From a virus, in the IMG/VR virus record IMGVR_UViG_3300045136_000892: a stretch of DNA of 64,000 bases; one strand, written 5' to 3'. Below the pieces are notes generated by a model. It was not told the origin of the DNA. It searched no databases and worked only from the letters and a program-made list of their open reading frames with translations. Of this stretch, positions 29,747 through 39,773 are shown one piece after another (position 1 is the stretch's first letter; every line of letters begins with the position of its first letter). Both the position numbers and the translations under genes were made by a program.

Positions 29747-30496
29747 ATGAGGGTTACTCGAATATATGTGCTTTGCGATCCTGATACCGGCGAAGTTCGC
29801 TATGTAGGTAAAACCGCAATGCGCCTTTGCAATCGACTTGCAAAGCACATGGAGGCCAATCCGAAGGTGTATTCCGGTCGGTGGATAGGGAAGCTAAAAG
29901 CTGAAGGGAAGCGACCAATAATCCGTTGCATCGAGGAAGTCGGCGATAATTGGGCCGAGCGAGAGTGTTATTGGATCGCATATTACCGAAGCCAAGGATG
30001 CCAGCTCACAAACGTGAGTCCTGGCGGCGACGGACATAACGGACATGTTACGGCAATAAGCACTCGCAGAAAGCTGTCAAATGCCCGAAAAGGCAAGAAG
30101 CTGCCGCCAGACGTCATCCGAAAAATATCGGAATCACAAAAAGGGAAAGTCATCACGCAAGAGCAGCGCGCCAAGATCAGCGCCTCACTCAAGGGACGGA
30201 AGCGTCCCAGAGAAATCGCCGAGAAGGTAGCAGCTATCATGCGTGGCAAGAAGAAGCGACCGATGACGCCGGAGCAGAAGGCTCTCATCAGCGCCAGAAA
30301 CAAGGGCAGGAAACCTACTGCCGAGGAACGCGCTAAAATGTCTGCTGCAAATCGCGGCAAGCCTAAATCTGAGGAACATCGTCGTAAGTTGTCAGAGGCA
30401 GCAATGAACCGGGTGCTATCTCCTGAGAGGAAGAAGGCTCTGTCAGAAGCGGCAACGTTGCGAAACATTCGTAGGAAGATGAATGGCCACTGGTGA
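29747..30496 (+). CDS. free-standing GIY-YIG homing endonuclease with NUMOD3 repeats
   Basis: IYVLCDP...VRYVGKT, ERE.YWI, TN...GG; repeated R.KIS...KGK units; lower GC. Confidence 0.85.
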   Translation: MRVTRIYVLCDPDTGEVRYVGKTAMRLCNRLAKHMEANPKVYSGRWIGKLKAEGKRPIIRCIEEVGDNWAERECYWIAYYRSQGCQLTNVSPGGDGHNGHVTAISTRRKLSNARKGKKLPPDVIRKISESQKGKVITQEQRAKISASLKGRKRPREIAEKVAAIMRGKKKRPMTPEQKALISARNKGRKPTAEERAKMSAANRGKPKSEEHRRKLSEAAMNRVLSPERKKALSEAATLRNIRRKMNGHW

Positions 30497-31148
30497 TCGA
30501 TCCGATTTCTCCTCGCGAATCAAGGCCGTCCTCCCGGGCGGCTGGTTCCGCGACGAGACCCCCATCCTCGACGGCGTGCTGGCCGGCATCGGCTGGGCGC
30601 TGGCCGCAGCCTACGGGCTGGCCGACTACGCCCGGAGGCAGTGCCGCATCGGCACGGCCACCGACGGCTTCCTCGACCTGATCGCCTTCGATTTCTTCGG
30701 CTCCGGGCTGCCCCGCAAGCGGCAGGAGACCGACGACGCGTATCGCACGCGTATCCTCGCCGCCCTGTTCCCCGAGAAGGGCACCCGCAGGGGCCTGATC
30801 CGGACGCTGGAGATCCTCACCGGCCGCACCCCGTGGGTGTTCGAGCCGAGCAGGCCCGACGATACGGGCGGCTACGGCGTGGGCGGCGTGGGCTACGGCG
30901 TGGGCGGCGGCTACGGCTCGTTGGAGATGCCCCACCAGGCCTTCGTGGTCGCCTACCGGCCGCTCGGGCAAGGCATCCCCAACATCGCCGGGTACGGCGT
31001 CCCGAGTGGCGGCTACGGCCAGGCAAGCCAGGCGATGTACGCAAGCCTCGCGCTCGTCCAGGGCGCCGTGACGGATGCGGACATCTACGCCGCTGTCGAC
31101 GCGGTGAAGCCTGCCGCGACCACGGTGTGGACCCAGATTCAAAGCTAA
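30483..31148 (+). CDS. baseplate I-like protein
   Basis: LP.GWF, TATDGFLDLIA.DFFG, ETDDAYR.RI. Confidence 0.8.
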   Translation: MATGDRSDFSSRIKAVLPGGWFRDETPILDGVLAGIGWALAAAYGLADYARRQCRIGTATDGFLDLIAFDFFGSGLPRKRQETDDAYRTRILAALFPEKGTRRGLIRTLEILTGRTPWVFEPSRPDDTGGYGVGGVGYGVGGGYGSLEMPHQAFVVAYRPLGQGIPNIAGYGVPSGGYGQASQAMYASLALVQGAVTDADIYAAVDAVKPAATTVWTQIQS

Positions 31149-31163
31149 CAACCAGGAGACCTT

Positions 31164-32810
31164 ATGGATCGTGAGATCGTGTACCAGGGCCAGATCCCGC
31201 TCGAAACCGACCTGCTGCTCACCAACAAGAACACGATGGTGGCACTCGGCTTCCTCATGCGCGCGGTGCTCGGCACGAGCCTGTCGGTCGACGGCCTCGC
31301 CTGCACACCGAACAGCCCCGCGGATATGACCGTGCTGATTGGCCCCGGCTCGATCCACAGCCTGCAGAACGTCGACGGCACGGCCTACGGCACGATCCCG
31401 GCGGATACCACCAACCAGATCGTCAAGCAGGGCATCTCGCTCACCGCTCAGTCGTTCAACTGCCCGGCCCCGGCCACGACGGGGCACTCCATCGTCTACC
31501 TGATCCAGGCGGCCTATCAGGATCTCGACGCGGGGGCGACGGTGCTGCCGTACTACAACGCCTCCGACCCGACCCAGGCCTGGAGCGGCCCGAACAACTC
31601 GGGCGTGTCGCAGAACACGGTCCGCAAGGGGGTCTGCCTCCTGGGCGTGAAGGCGGGCACCTCCGCCACCACCGGCACGCAGGCGACGCCGGCCCCCGAC
31701 GCGGGCTACGTCGGCCTCTACGCCGTCACGGTGGCCAACGGCCAGACGACCATCACGAGCCCCGATATCGTGAGGTTGGCGACCGCCCCTTTCATCGACG
31801 CAAAGCTGCCCGCGATGCTCTCCACGATCCAGAGCGGGGCCGTGACGTTCGCACAGGACACGAGCGGGGCGGCGAACCAGATCAACATCGCCCTGAACCC
31901 GGCCCCGGCCGCGCTGACGAACGGGATGCGGGTCGCGGTCAAGGTGGCGAACTCGGTCACCGGGGCGACGGTCATGAACACGAACGGCCTCGGCAACGTC
32001 GCGGTGGTGACAACGAGCGGGGCGGCCCTGACGGCGAACGCGATGGTGGCCAACGGCATCTACACGCTGGTCTACGACGCCAACGGCAACCGATGGCAGC
32101 TCCAGGGGTTCACCGCGGCCTCGGCCACCGGGCTGCTCCCGGCGAACAATCTCTCCGACGTGTCGAACCCGGAGCAAGCGCTCATTAATATCGGTGGCAG
32201 GGTGCCGACGGGCATCTGCTGGCCGTTGCTGGTCAACACCATCCCCTCCGGCTGGCTGCTCTGCTCCGGCCAGACCATCGGCTCCGCCTCTTCCGGGGCC
32301 ACGGCACGGGCCAACGCCGACACGCAGGCCCTGTTCAACGCACTGTGGGCCGACTACACGGACGCCGAAATCCCGATCTTTACGAGCGGCGGCGCGGCCT
32401 CGATTCGCGGCGTGGATGCGGCGACTGACTGGGCGGCGAACAAGCGGATCAGCCTGCCGGACCTCCGGGGCCGAGGGCTGTTCGGCCGGGACAACATGGG
32501 CGGATCGGCCGCGAATCGCATTACCAATGCCGGCTCTGGCGTCACGGGCACGACGCTCGGCGCGACTGGCGGCGCCGAGAACGTGACGCTGACGGTAAAC
32601 CAGATCCCCGGCCACACGCACGAGATCACCGGCAAGACGGGCGGCGTCGGCGGTACCGGCGCCTACAGCGCGACCCCTTACTTCAGCAACGACGGCAGCG
32701 CTCCCTCACCGAGCTATCAGACGAATCCGCCCACCGGCTCCACGGGCGGCGGCCAGGCGCACAACAACATGCCGCCGGGCTTCATCTGCAACTGGATCAT
32801 CAAGCTGTAA
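31164..32810 (+). CDS. tail fibre protein with collar domain
   Basis: MDREIVY..QIP, PSGWLLCSGQ, LPDLRGR, HNNMPP...NWIIKL. Confidence 0.85.
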   Translation: MDREIVYQGQIPLETDLLLTNKNTMVALGFLMRAVLGTSLSVDGLACTPNSPADMTVLIGPGSIHSLQNVDGTAYGTIPADTTNQIVKQGISLTAQSFNCPAPATTGHSIVYLIQAAYQDLDAGATVLPYYNASDPTQAWSGPNNSGVSQNTVRKGVCLLGVKAGTSATTGTQATPAPDAGYVGLYAVTVANGQTTITSPDIVRLATAPFIDAKLPAMLSTIQSGAVTFAQDTSGAANQINIALNPAPAALTNGMRVAVKVANSVTGATVMNTNGLGNVAVVTTSGAALTANAMVANGIYTLVYDANGNRWQLQGFTAASATGLLPANNLSDVSNPEQALINIGGRVPTGICWPLLVNTIPSGWLLCSGQTIGSASSGATARANADTQALFNALWADYTDAEIPIFTSGGAASIRGVDAATDWAANKRISLPDLRGRGLFGRDNMGGSAANRITNAGSGVTGTTLGATGGAENVTLTVNQIPGHTHEITGKTGGVGGTGAYSATPYFSNDGSAPSPSYQTNPPTGSTGGGQAHNNMPPGFICNWIIKL

Positions 32811-32906
32811 ATATCGTGCTTTCCATCAAACCGGTGTATGCCGAGTATTGCGCGGGCGACATGATTCATGCGATAATTTTTATGGTTGCTTTATACAGGG
32901 GGCTGC

Positions 32907-33125
32907 ATGGCTGATGCCGAAGTACAGATCGCAATTCTACAGACCAAGGTAGAGGCGCTCACAACTCAGGTCTCAGAACTCAGTGCTGCGGTCAAGGAGC
33001 TGACGGCCATCATGAACCGCGGCAAGGGGGCCTTCGCCGCCTCGCTCGCACTGGCCGGCGCCATCGGGGCGGGGGTCATGAAACTGGTGATGTATCTGTT
33101 CTCGCTCGGCCAATCGGGTAGATAG
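32907..33125 (+). CDS. putative holin-like membrane protein
   Basis: Coiled coil, NRGKG, then one TM segment. Confidence 0.45.
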   Translation: MADAEVQIAILQTKVEALTTQVSELSAAVKELTAIMNRGKGAFAASLALAGAIGAGVMKLVMYLFSLGQSGR

Positions 33126-33127
33126 CA

Positions 33128-34942
33128 GTGGGAGCGAAGCGCCAGGACATCACCATCGAACAGGGAGCTGACTTCGCCGAGGTGTTCGACCTGCCCGCCT
33201 CGCTCGACCTGAACGGCTTGCAGGCTGCGATGCAGATCAGGGCCGACTACGGATACCCCGTCCCCCTGCTCACACTGACTCTGCAGGGGGGTGGCTTGCT
33301 CCTGGACACGGCCACGAGGCGCATCATGCCAGTGATCAGCGCGGCGACGGCCTCGGCCTTCCTGCCCGGAAGCTACGTGTACGACATCAAGACCCGCGAG
33401 ACGAGCGGGCGCCTGACCCGCACCCACCAAGGGGTGGTGACGGTCAGCCCCGAGGTGACGACCTTCGACTTCTCGGCCGCGCCGTCCCCCTCGCCCGCTC
33501 CGGCTCCCGCTCCCGCCCCGAGCCCGTCTCCGGCGCCGGCCCCCGCGCCTGCGCCCGCTCCGGCGCCGGCACCTCCTCCCGATCCCGTCGAATACCTGAG
33601 CGACGGAAACGGCAACACGATCACCGACCATCTGAACAACCCGATCGACATCAGGCCGGTGCCAGTCCCCATCATCCTGAGCGGGAACAGCCACTCGGTG
33701 ACGGAAGGGCAGAACCTGATCTTCGGCCTCACGGCGGACGTCCCCGTGACCTGGAGCCTGGAAGGCCCGGACGCGGGCTTGTTCTCCCTTGCCGGGAACA
33801 TCGTCACGCTGCCCTACAAGGACTACGAAGCCCCGGCTGACGCCAACGCCGACAACGTGTACGAGCTGACGGTGCGGGCGACGAACGCCGAAGGGAATGC
33901 GGCGACGAAGGCGGTGCGGGTGACGGTGATGAACATCGTGGATGATACGTCTCCGCTACCGTTCACCTTCATGGACGTGCTGACCACACAGCGCTCGACG
34001 CCGTTCACGAGCAACACGGTCACGGTCAGCGGCGTGAACGTGCCGACCCCGCTCAGCATCTCCGGCGGGGAGTATTCGATCAACGGCGGAGCCTACTCCT
34101 CGGCCAGCGTGAACGTCTTCGACGGCGACACGATAACCCTGCGGGTGACATCCTCGGCCGACGGCACGCCGGCAGTCGCCACGCTCACCGTGGGCACCTA
34201 TTCGGCCAACTTCGGGGTGTACGATGACCCGCCGCCGCCGGTCACCTCCGGGCTCCAGCTCTGGCTGACCAGCACGGACCTTGCCGATTTCACCGTCACG
34301 AACGGCGCCATCAGCCAGTGGAATGACCGCAGCGGGAATGGCAACCACGTGACGCAGTCGACGGAGGCGAACCAGCCTACCATCGGGACGCGCACACTCA
34401 ATAACCGGAACGCGCCCGACTTCCTGGGAACGACGGCTCAGTACCTGCTACTACCCTCCGCGCTCAACTCCATTCCAGGCGTAAGCAACACAATCTTAAT
34501 AGTCGCGCTGTCCGATACCGGAACAGGCTCTAGCGGAGCGCAGGCGCTGCTGAGGGCAAACACGACCAGCTTCCAGATGCAGCTCAACCCGGGCAGCACC
34601 CGGATCGAGAACCGGAACCACACCAGCACCAACGTCTTCACGACGATCACCAAGAACAACACGGCCAACATCTTCGCCCAGTGTCGCAACGGCTCGGCGC
34701 TGACGGCCTGCTTCAACACCACGCAGACGGTGAATGCCTCCGGGGCGAACAACGTCACCGTGACGGACATCGGCCTCGGCGCGAACCCCAGCGGCTCCGC
34801 CCCGTTCAACGGGATGATCGTGGAGGTGCTGGTCTACAACCGGGCGCTCACGCTGGTCGAGGCCAACCAGGTGGCCGACTACCTGAAAGAAAAGTGGAAC
34901 GTGACCAACTTCTCGGGCTCCTACACGTCCGGCTTCGCCTAA
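33128..34942 (+). CDS. multi-domain tail/adhesion protein (adaptor, PA linker, cadherin-like, LamG-like)
   Basis: TIEQGADF N-terminus; (PA)n linker ~33480-33585; DYEAPADANADNVYE; SQWNDRSGNGNH...YL.EKW. Confidence 0.7.
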   Translation: MGAKRQDITIEQGADFAEVFDLPASLDLNGLQAAMQIRADYGYPVPLLTLTLQGGGLLLDTATRRIMPVISAATASAFLPGSYVYDIKTRETSGRLTRTHQGVVTVSPEVTTFDFSAAPSPSPAPAPAPAPSPSPAPAPAPAPAPAPAPPPDPVEYLSDGNGNTITDHLNNPIDIRPVPVPIILSGNSHSVTEGQNLIFGLTADVPVTWSLEGPDAGLFSLAGNIVTLPYKDYEAPADANADNVYELTVRATNAEGNAATKAVRVTVMNIVDDTSPLPFTFMDVLTTQRSTPFTSNTVTVSGVNVPTPLSISGGEYSINGGAYSSASVNVFDGDTITLRVTSSADGTPAVATLTVGTYSANFGVYDDPPPPVTSGLQLWLTSTDLADFTVTNGAISQWNDRSGNGNHVTQSTEANQPTIGTRTLNNRNAPDFLGTTAQYLLLPSALNSIPGVSNTILIVALSDTGTGSSGAQALLRANTTSFQMQLNPGSTRIENRNHTSTNVFTTITKNNTANIFAQCRNGSALTACFNTTQTVNASGANNVTVTDIGLGANPSGSAPFNGMIVEVLVYNRALTLVEANQVADYLKEKWNVTNFSGSYTSGFA

Positions 34943-34966
34943 CGAATCATACTTTGAGGATGCAAC

Positions 34967-36526
34967 ATGCGGATTAGCCAACTCAATAGCGGAAATGCTC
35001 TCAGCTTCGCCAACCTCATCCCAGGCAGCGCCATGCTGCCGATCGAGCAGGGCGGCATTACATATCCCATAACGGCCCAGGACCTTCTCCAGGCTGGCCA
35101 GCTCTTCATCGACGTGCACGCTTACGGAGCCAAGGGCGATGCGGTTGGCAACCACGACGGCGTGGTGACCGGCGGCACGACGTTTTCCGCGGCCAGCTAC
35201 CAGTTCCCCGCCTCTCGCGTGGGACAGACGATCTATGTGAACGGCAGCGCGAGGGTCATCACCTCGGTCTCGAACGGGGTGGCGACCCTGTCGAGCAGCG
35301 TGACCAATGGCACGGGCATCCCCTGGCTGGTGGGGACGGACGACACCAACGCCATCGAGGCGGCCATGCAGGCTGCCAGGACCGTGGGCGCGGCGGTAGG
35401 GGACGGCTCGACCTCCGAAACGAACTCCTGGGGTCCGATTCCCTTCGGCGGTACGGTCATGCTCCGCTCGGGACGGGGTTACCTCGTCAAGAACACGCAG
35501 GCCCGGTTCGACGCCGGGAAGACCGCCGCCATCGTGGTGCCCCGCCGCTGCGCCCTGCGCGGGGGCGGCATGGGCCAGACGCACATCATTCTTGCGCCCG
35601 GCAATGTCGGCCACGGCGTCACCAACGAGAACTCGCAAATATCGGGCGGTAGCTGGTCGGACTTCCTCCAGGCCCAGGATTTCTCCGTGTTCTGCAACGG
35701 CGGATGGCAGTCCAGCAGTTGCCTCAGCGGCGTCTACGTAAAGGTGGCCTTCAACAATTATGTGAAGACCGACGCCTTCCCCTACATGGCCAACATCCGA
35801 GTCTTCGAGGCCAAGCAGGATGCCTTCTACATCAGCGGGCGAGGCGAAGGCGTGTACTTCAACCTTTTCGCCGGCAATGCCTTCCGCTACGGATTCTTCA
35901 TCGACGGCTCGATGGACAGCCGCTTCTTCGTCTGCAACTCCGGCGGCGCCTTCAAGACCGGCTTCCGGGTCAACAAGTCGGCGAACATCCACCTGACGAA
36001 TTGCAAGTCCTACTACTCGGGCGCGACTGGGGGCAGCAGCAACGCAGACTGCGCCAACTTCGCCCTCCTCGCGGACAGCTTCGTCAACGGTTTGGTCTAC
36101 CTCACGAACTGCGAGGCCCAGGAGAGCCGGGGTTCGGGCTTCTACATCGAGAGCGGCATGAACCTGCTGAATGGCTGCATCTCCTCGGACCCCGGCCGCG
36201 CGGCGTTGGTAGCCACTGGCACGCCGCCCACCGTCCGCGCCGGCTACCACCTGAAGGACGCCAACTCGGCCCACCAGAACCCGAAGTACAACCGCTTCAA
36301 CAGCTGCATCGCCCAGCCGACGCTAACTTTCGATTACAACGACCTGTCCAATACCGCGTCGTGCGGCACCAACGCCCTCTACATTGAGGGGACCGCGAAC
36401 AAGGGGAACATTGGCGACATCTACACCTTCCCCCAGGCCACCTACTCCGACTCGAAGGTGGCAGGGACCGGCACGACGAGCGGCCAGAACACCGGCCTGC
36501 GCGTTGATGGTGTGGCCTTAACCTAA
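34967..36526 (+). CDS. tailspike / beta-helix depolymerase-like protein
   Basis: DVHAYGAKGD, TDDTNAIEAA, Asn/Cys-rich parallel beta-helix repeats. Confidence 0.75.
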   Translation: MRISQLNSGNALSFANLIPGSAMLPIEQGGITYPITAQDLLQAGQLFIDVHAYGAKGDAVGNHDGVVTGGTTFSAASYQFPASRVGQTIYVNGSARVITSVSNGVATLSSSVTNGTGIPWLVGTDDTNAIEAAMQAARTVGAAVGDGSTSETNSWGPIPFGGTVMLRSGRGYLVKNTQARFDAGKTAAIVVPRRCALRGGGMGQTHIILAPGNVGHGVTNENSQISGGSWSDFLQAQDFSVFCNGGWQSSSCLSGVYVKVAFNNYVKTDAFPYMANIRVFEAKQDAFYISGRGEGVYFNLFAGNAFRYGFFIDGSMDSRFFVCNSGGAFKTGFRVNKSANIHLTNCKSYYSGATGGSSNADCANFALLADSFVNGLVYLTNCEAQESRGSGFYIESGMNLLNGCISSDPGRAALVATGTPPTVRAGYHLKDANSAHQNPKYNRFNSCIAQPTLTFDYNDLSNTASCGTNALYIEGTANKGNIGDIYTFPQATYSDSKVAGTGTTSGQNTGLRVDGVALT

Positions 36527-36542
36527 ACCGAAAGGGCAGCAC

Positions 36543-36896
36543 ATGATCGCACTCATCGAAAGGCGGTATCACCAAGTCAGCATCGCGTCCGGCCAGAACA
36601 TGACGGACCCGATCAATCTACAAAACGACTCGTTGGCCGGGATCATTTTCCCCGACGTTGACATGACAAACAGCACGCTGAAGCTGCAGGTGTCGGACAA
36701 GCCTGACACCGGGTTCGTCACACTCAAGGAAGGGCGCGGGGCTGGGGCCAGTGACTTCACGATCAACGTCTACCGTAACCAGGCGATCAGCTTCGAAAAC
36801 CTCGCACTCCTCGCCGGCTGGAAGTACGTTCGCCTCGCCGGGGCCCAGGCAGAGGCCGCAGCCCGCCAACTGATCCTGGCCCTGCGGCCTGTCTAA
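36543..36896 (+). CDS. hypothetical virion protein
   Basis: Beta-rich 117 aa in the tail module. Confidence 0.55.
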   Translation: MIALIERRYHQVSIASGQNMTDPINLQNDSLAGIIFPDVDMTNSTLKLQVSDKPDTGFVTLKEGRGAGASDFTINVYRNQAISFENLALLAGWKYVRLAGAQAEAAARQLILALRPV

Positions 36897-37939
36897 TGCG
36901 CCTGCTCACACTCCTTAAGCCGCCCGCTGCAGGGGCGGCAGACACCACCGCCCCCAGCGGCTATTCGGTCGTGTTCACGACCGACCCGATCAGCGACGCC
37001 AACGCCCCGGCAGCGGCCTTCCAGTTTTCCGGGGCGGAGGTGGGCTGCACGTTCAACTACACCATCACCAGCTCGGGGGGAGGCACGCCGGTCACCGGAT
37101 CTGGCACGATCAGCAGCTCGAACCAGAGCGTCACCGGCATCAACGTGTCCGGCCTGAGCGACGGCACGCTCACCCTTTCGGCAACTCTGACCGACGCGGC
37201 GAACAACACCGGCAGCGCCGCCACCGCTACCGTGACGAAGGCGTTCGTGCCCACCGACATCTCCAGCATGGCCCTGTGGCTGGATGCGGCGGATACCAGC
37301 AGCATCACCGCCTCGGGCGGTGCGGTGAGCCAGTGGAGCGACAAGTCGGGCAATGGCCGCCACGCCACCCAGGGCACAGCCGGGAACCGCCCGACGACCG
37401 GCACGCGCACGCTCAACAGCAGAAACGTGCTTGACTTCGTGCGGACCTCGCAACACCTGCTGGAGCTCCCGTCGGGCATGTACGGGGTTTCGGCGGGGGC
37501 AAACACGGTCATCATCGTGGCCGCAGCAGACGACACCACGAACAACCAGAGGTTCTACAACGGCAGCAACGCAGGCACTACCAACGTCACCGCCCGCTAC
37601 GGGTCCACCACGACCTTCTCGGTGCAGAACCGCACCGCCGTCGCCTTCACGAACATCACCATCACCCGGAACACCAGCGCCCACGCGCTGGGCTACCGTC
37701 GGTCAGGGACGGCCATTACCCCGTTCTATGACGGCGCTGACGGCACGCCGGGCAGCAACGCGCAGGACTGCACCTTGACCTCTCTGGGCATCGGGCGCGA
37801 CTCCGCGAACACCACCGACAGCCTCGACGGGATCGTCGCCGAGGTGCTTGTGTACGCCAAGTCCCTGTCGAACGCAGAACTTAACAAGATCGGCAGCTAC
37901 CTGGCGAGCAAGTGGGGAATTGCCTGGACCGGGGTGTAA
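36896..37939 (+). CDS. Ig-like + LamG-like tail protein
   Basis: DTTAP..., LWLDAAD..., SQWSDKSGNG, YLASKWG; paralogous to the C-terminus of 33128..34942. Confidence 0.7.
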   Translation: MRLLTLLKPPAAGAADTTAPSGYSVVFTTDPISDANAPAAAFQFSGAEVGCTFNYTITSSGGGTPVTGSGTISSSNQSVTGINVSGLSDGTLTLSATLTDAANNTGSAATATVTKAFVPTDISSMALWLDAADTSSITASGGAVSQWSDKSGNGRHATQGTAGNRPTTGTRTLNSRNVLDFVRTSQHLLELPSGMYGVSAGANTVIIVAAADDTTNNQRFYNGSNAGTTNVTARYGSTTTFSVQNRTAVAFTNITITRNTSAHALGYRRSGTAITPFYDGADGTPGSNAQDCTLTSLGIGRDSANTTDSLDGIVAEVLVYAKSLSNAELNKIGSYLASKWGIAWTGV

Positions 37940-37984
37940 GCCCATGTAGGGCGATGAGAACCTGAAAACAAGCAGAAAGGGACA

Positions 37985-38701
37985 ATGACCATGACCACCC
38001 CGACCGTGCATGACCTGGACATCCTCTCCCGAACTCTTTACGGCGAAGCCGAGGCGGGAAACGCCGCGGACGCCAAGGCCATCGCCTCGGTGGTTATGAA
38101 TCGCGCCAGGTACCGGAACTGGCCCGACACGGCCGCCGAGGTCTGTCTCCAGCCCTGGCAGTTCTCCTGCTGGAACGCCAATGACCCGAACCGTGCCCGC
38201 ATCCTGGCCGCAAAAGGCCCGTGGTTCGATCGGTGCCGCGAGATAGCCTCGGCCGCCCTGAGCGGGGCCTTACCGGACCCGACCAGCGGCAGCACGCACT
38301 ACTACGCCACGTTCATTAAAAAGCCGAAATGGGCCAAGGGCAAGCAACCCGTCTACCGTGTGACCCATAACCGGGGCCACGAACACCTGTTCTTCAACGA
38401 CGTCGACACGAAGCCCCCGGCCACGCCTAAGGAAGCACTCGACCAGCAACGCCCGCTGGCCCGCACCCGCACCATGTCTGCCTCCGGTGCGCTGGCGGGG
38501 ACCGGCGTCGTTGCTGTCGGCACCGGCTTGGCTGACCAGGTGAACCAGATGGCCCCGGCTGTTACCGTCGTTCGCGACGTAGCCGAGAGCGCCCACGAAC
38601 ACCCCGACGGCCTGCTTATCGTGTTCGGCCTGGTGGTGATCGCTGCCGCCGCATTCATCATGTGGAGCCGCTGGGACGACCGCCGCAGGGGGCTGCGGTG
38701 A
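37985..38701 (+). CDS. endolysin, SleB/Hydrolase_2 family, with C-terminal TM segments
   Basis: RTLYGEA, VVMNR, CLQPWQFSCWN, THYYA. Confidence 0.88.
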   Translation: MTMTTPTVHDLDILSRTLYGEAEAGNAADAKAIASVVMNRARYRNWPDTAAEVCLQPWQFSCWNANDPNRARILAAKGPWFDRCREIASAALSGALPDPTSGSTHYYATFIKKPKWAKGKQPVYRVTHNRGHEHLFFNDVDTKPPATPKEALDQQRPLARTRTMSASGALAGTGVVAVGTGLADQVNQMAPAVTVVRDVAESAHEHPDGLLIVFGLVVIAAAAFIMWSRWDDRRRGLR

Positions 38702-39030
38702 ACCCCGCGCTGATCCGGATGGGCCTCCTCACGCTGGCCGTTCTATCCGTCTTCCTCGGAGGATACTTCGTCAAGGGCAAGATCGAGGAGGCTGAGCAGG
38801 CCGACGTGCTGCGCCAGCAGATCAGGGCCCAGGTCGAGCGACAGGACAAGCTGGCCGCCAAGGCTGAGGCGGTGGAGGCTGAGCTCGCTGTCCTGCGGCA
38901 AAAGCAGTCAACCATCAACCGAAAGTGGAGTGAACTCCGTGCTCAAGAACCTTCTCCTTGCCTGCTTGGCGATAGCCGTATCGGGCTGCTCCGCGATGCC
39001 ACCGGCCCCGTGGGCGAGACCCCACGCTAA
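38698..39030 (+). CDS. i-spanin (Rz-like)
   Basis: N-terminal TM + coiled coil; GTG overlaps the endolysin stop. Confidence 0.7.
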   Translation: MNPALIRMGLLTLAVLSVFLGGYFVKGKIEEAEQADVLRQQIRAQVERQDKLAAKAEAVEAELAVLRQKQSTINRKWSELRAQEPSPCLLGDSRIGLLRDATGPVGETPR

Positions 39031-39166
39031 CCTCACGGCCAAATGCCCACCCCTGCGGCAGTTCGAGGGCCGCACCGCCGACGACCTGATCACCGACTAC
39101 CTGGAACTCGTCGTCATGTACCGCGATTGCTCTGCCCGCCACGCCGGATTGGTGGACTCGCTGTGA
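38930..39166 (+). CDS. o-spanin (Rz1-like lipoprotein)
   Basis: Lipobox AVSGC, Pro-rich, Y.DC..RH..L; overlaps the i-spanin in another frame. Confidence 0.75.
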   Translation: MNSVLKNLLLACLAIAVSGCSAMPPAPWARPHANLTAKCPPLRQFEGRTADDLITDYLELVVMYRDCSARHAGLVDSL

Positions 39167-39391
39167 TCCTGTTGCGCGTCGTCCGCGGCTGCCAAGCCCG
39201 CGAGCGTCTGCATGCGCGCCTGACCGGCCTGGTGCTCTTCGCCGCCTACGGTCGGAGCCCAGGATGATCGCCGTATGCGATTTCTGCGGGGATGGGCGGG
39301 GCAAGATACTCGTTGCCAATCCCTCGCGGAACGTGCATATCTGCGAGAACTGCGTGGAACTCTGCCTTTGGCGGATCGAAAAGGAGAAGGA

Positions 39392-39499
39392 ATGTACTGG
39401 CGATACTGGATCATCTTCGCGGTGACGATGGCCCTCATGTCGGGCTGCACACCGTACCCACTGTTTCCCCTGGTATTCGAGCCCCATGAACGCCGTTAA
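39392..39499 (+). CDS. small putative lipoprotein
   Basis: SD AAGGAG; MYWRYWIIFAVTMALMSGC lipobox-like. Confidence 0.35.
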   Translation: MYWRYWIIFAVTMALMSGCTPYPLFPLVFEPHERR

Positions 39500-39743
39500 C
39501 CCTTCCTTCGTCGCCCGCGAGGCCGAGCGCATGGCTCAGAATGCCAGCGGCAAGCAGGCCATGTTCTTGAACCAAATTGCCATCGGCTGCATGGTCCTGA
39601 TGGCTTTGCCGTGCGCCATTCAAGCTGCGCAGTCCATCTTCCGTCCCATCTCCCACCTGACCCACGCGCAGCGGATAAATATGGAGCGGGTCGGCCGCCG
39701 GCTCGACGAGCGAAGCATGTGGGCGGGGGACCGGAGGCGGTAG
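39486..39743 (+). CDS. hypothetical membrane protein
   Basis: 85 aa with one hydrophobic segment. Confidence 0.5.
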   Translation: MNAVNPSFVAREAERMAQNASGKQAMFLNQIAIGCMVLMALPCAIQAAQSIFRPISHLTHAQRINMERVGRRLDERSMWAGDRRR

Positions 39744-39773
39744 AACCCCGGCCGAGCTGCCCGCGTACCCTCC

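Noticed and set aside
21487-30496. Group I introns or inteins hosting the two endonucleases
   Set aside because: Flanking genes have their own stops and starts and there is no non-coding space for a ribozyme core.
30363-32621. Long antisense or alternative-frame ORFs (also 19489..21312, 40882..42702, 12472..14109 and others)
   Set aside because: Shadow ORFs of GC3-rich genes; Arg/Gly/Pro-rich with no motifs.
31164-37939. Diversity-generating retroelement or invertible tail-fibre cassette
   Set aside because: No reverse transcriptase or invertase; the LamG paralogues differ at all base types, not only adenines.
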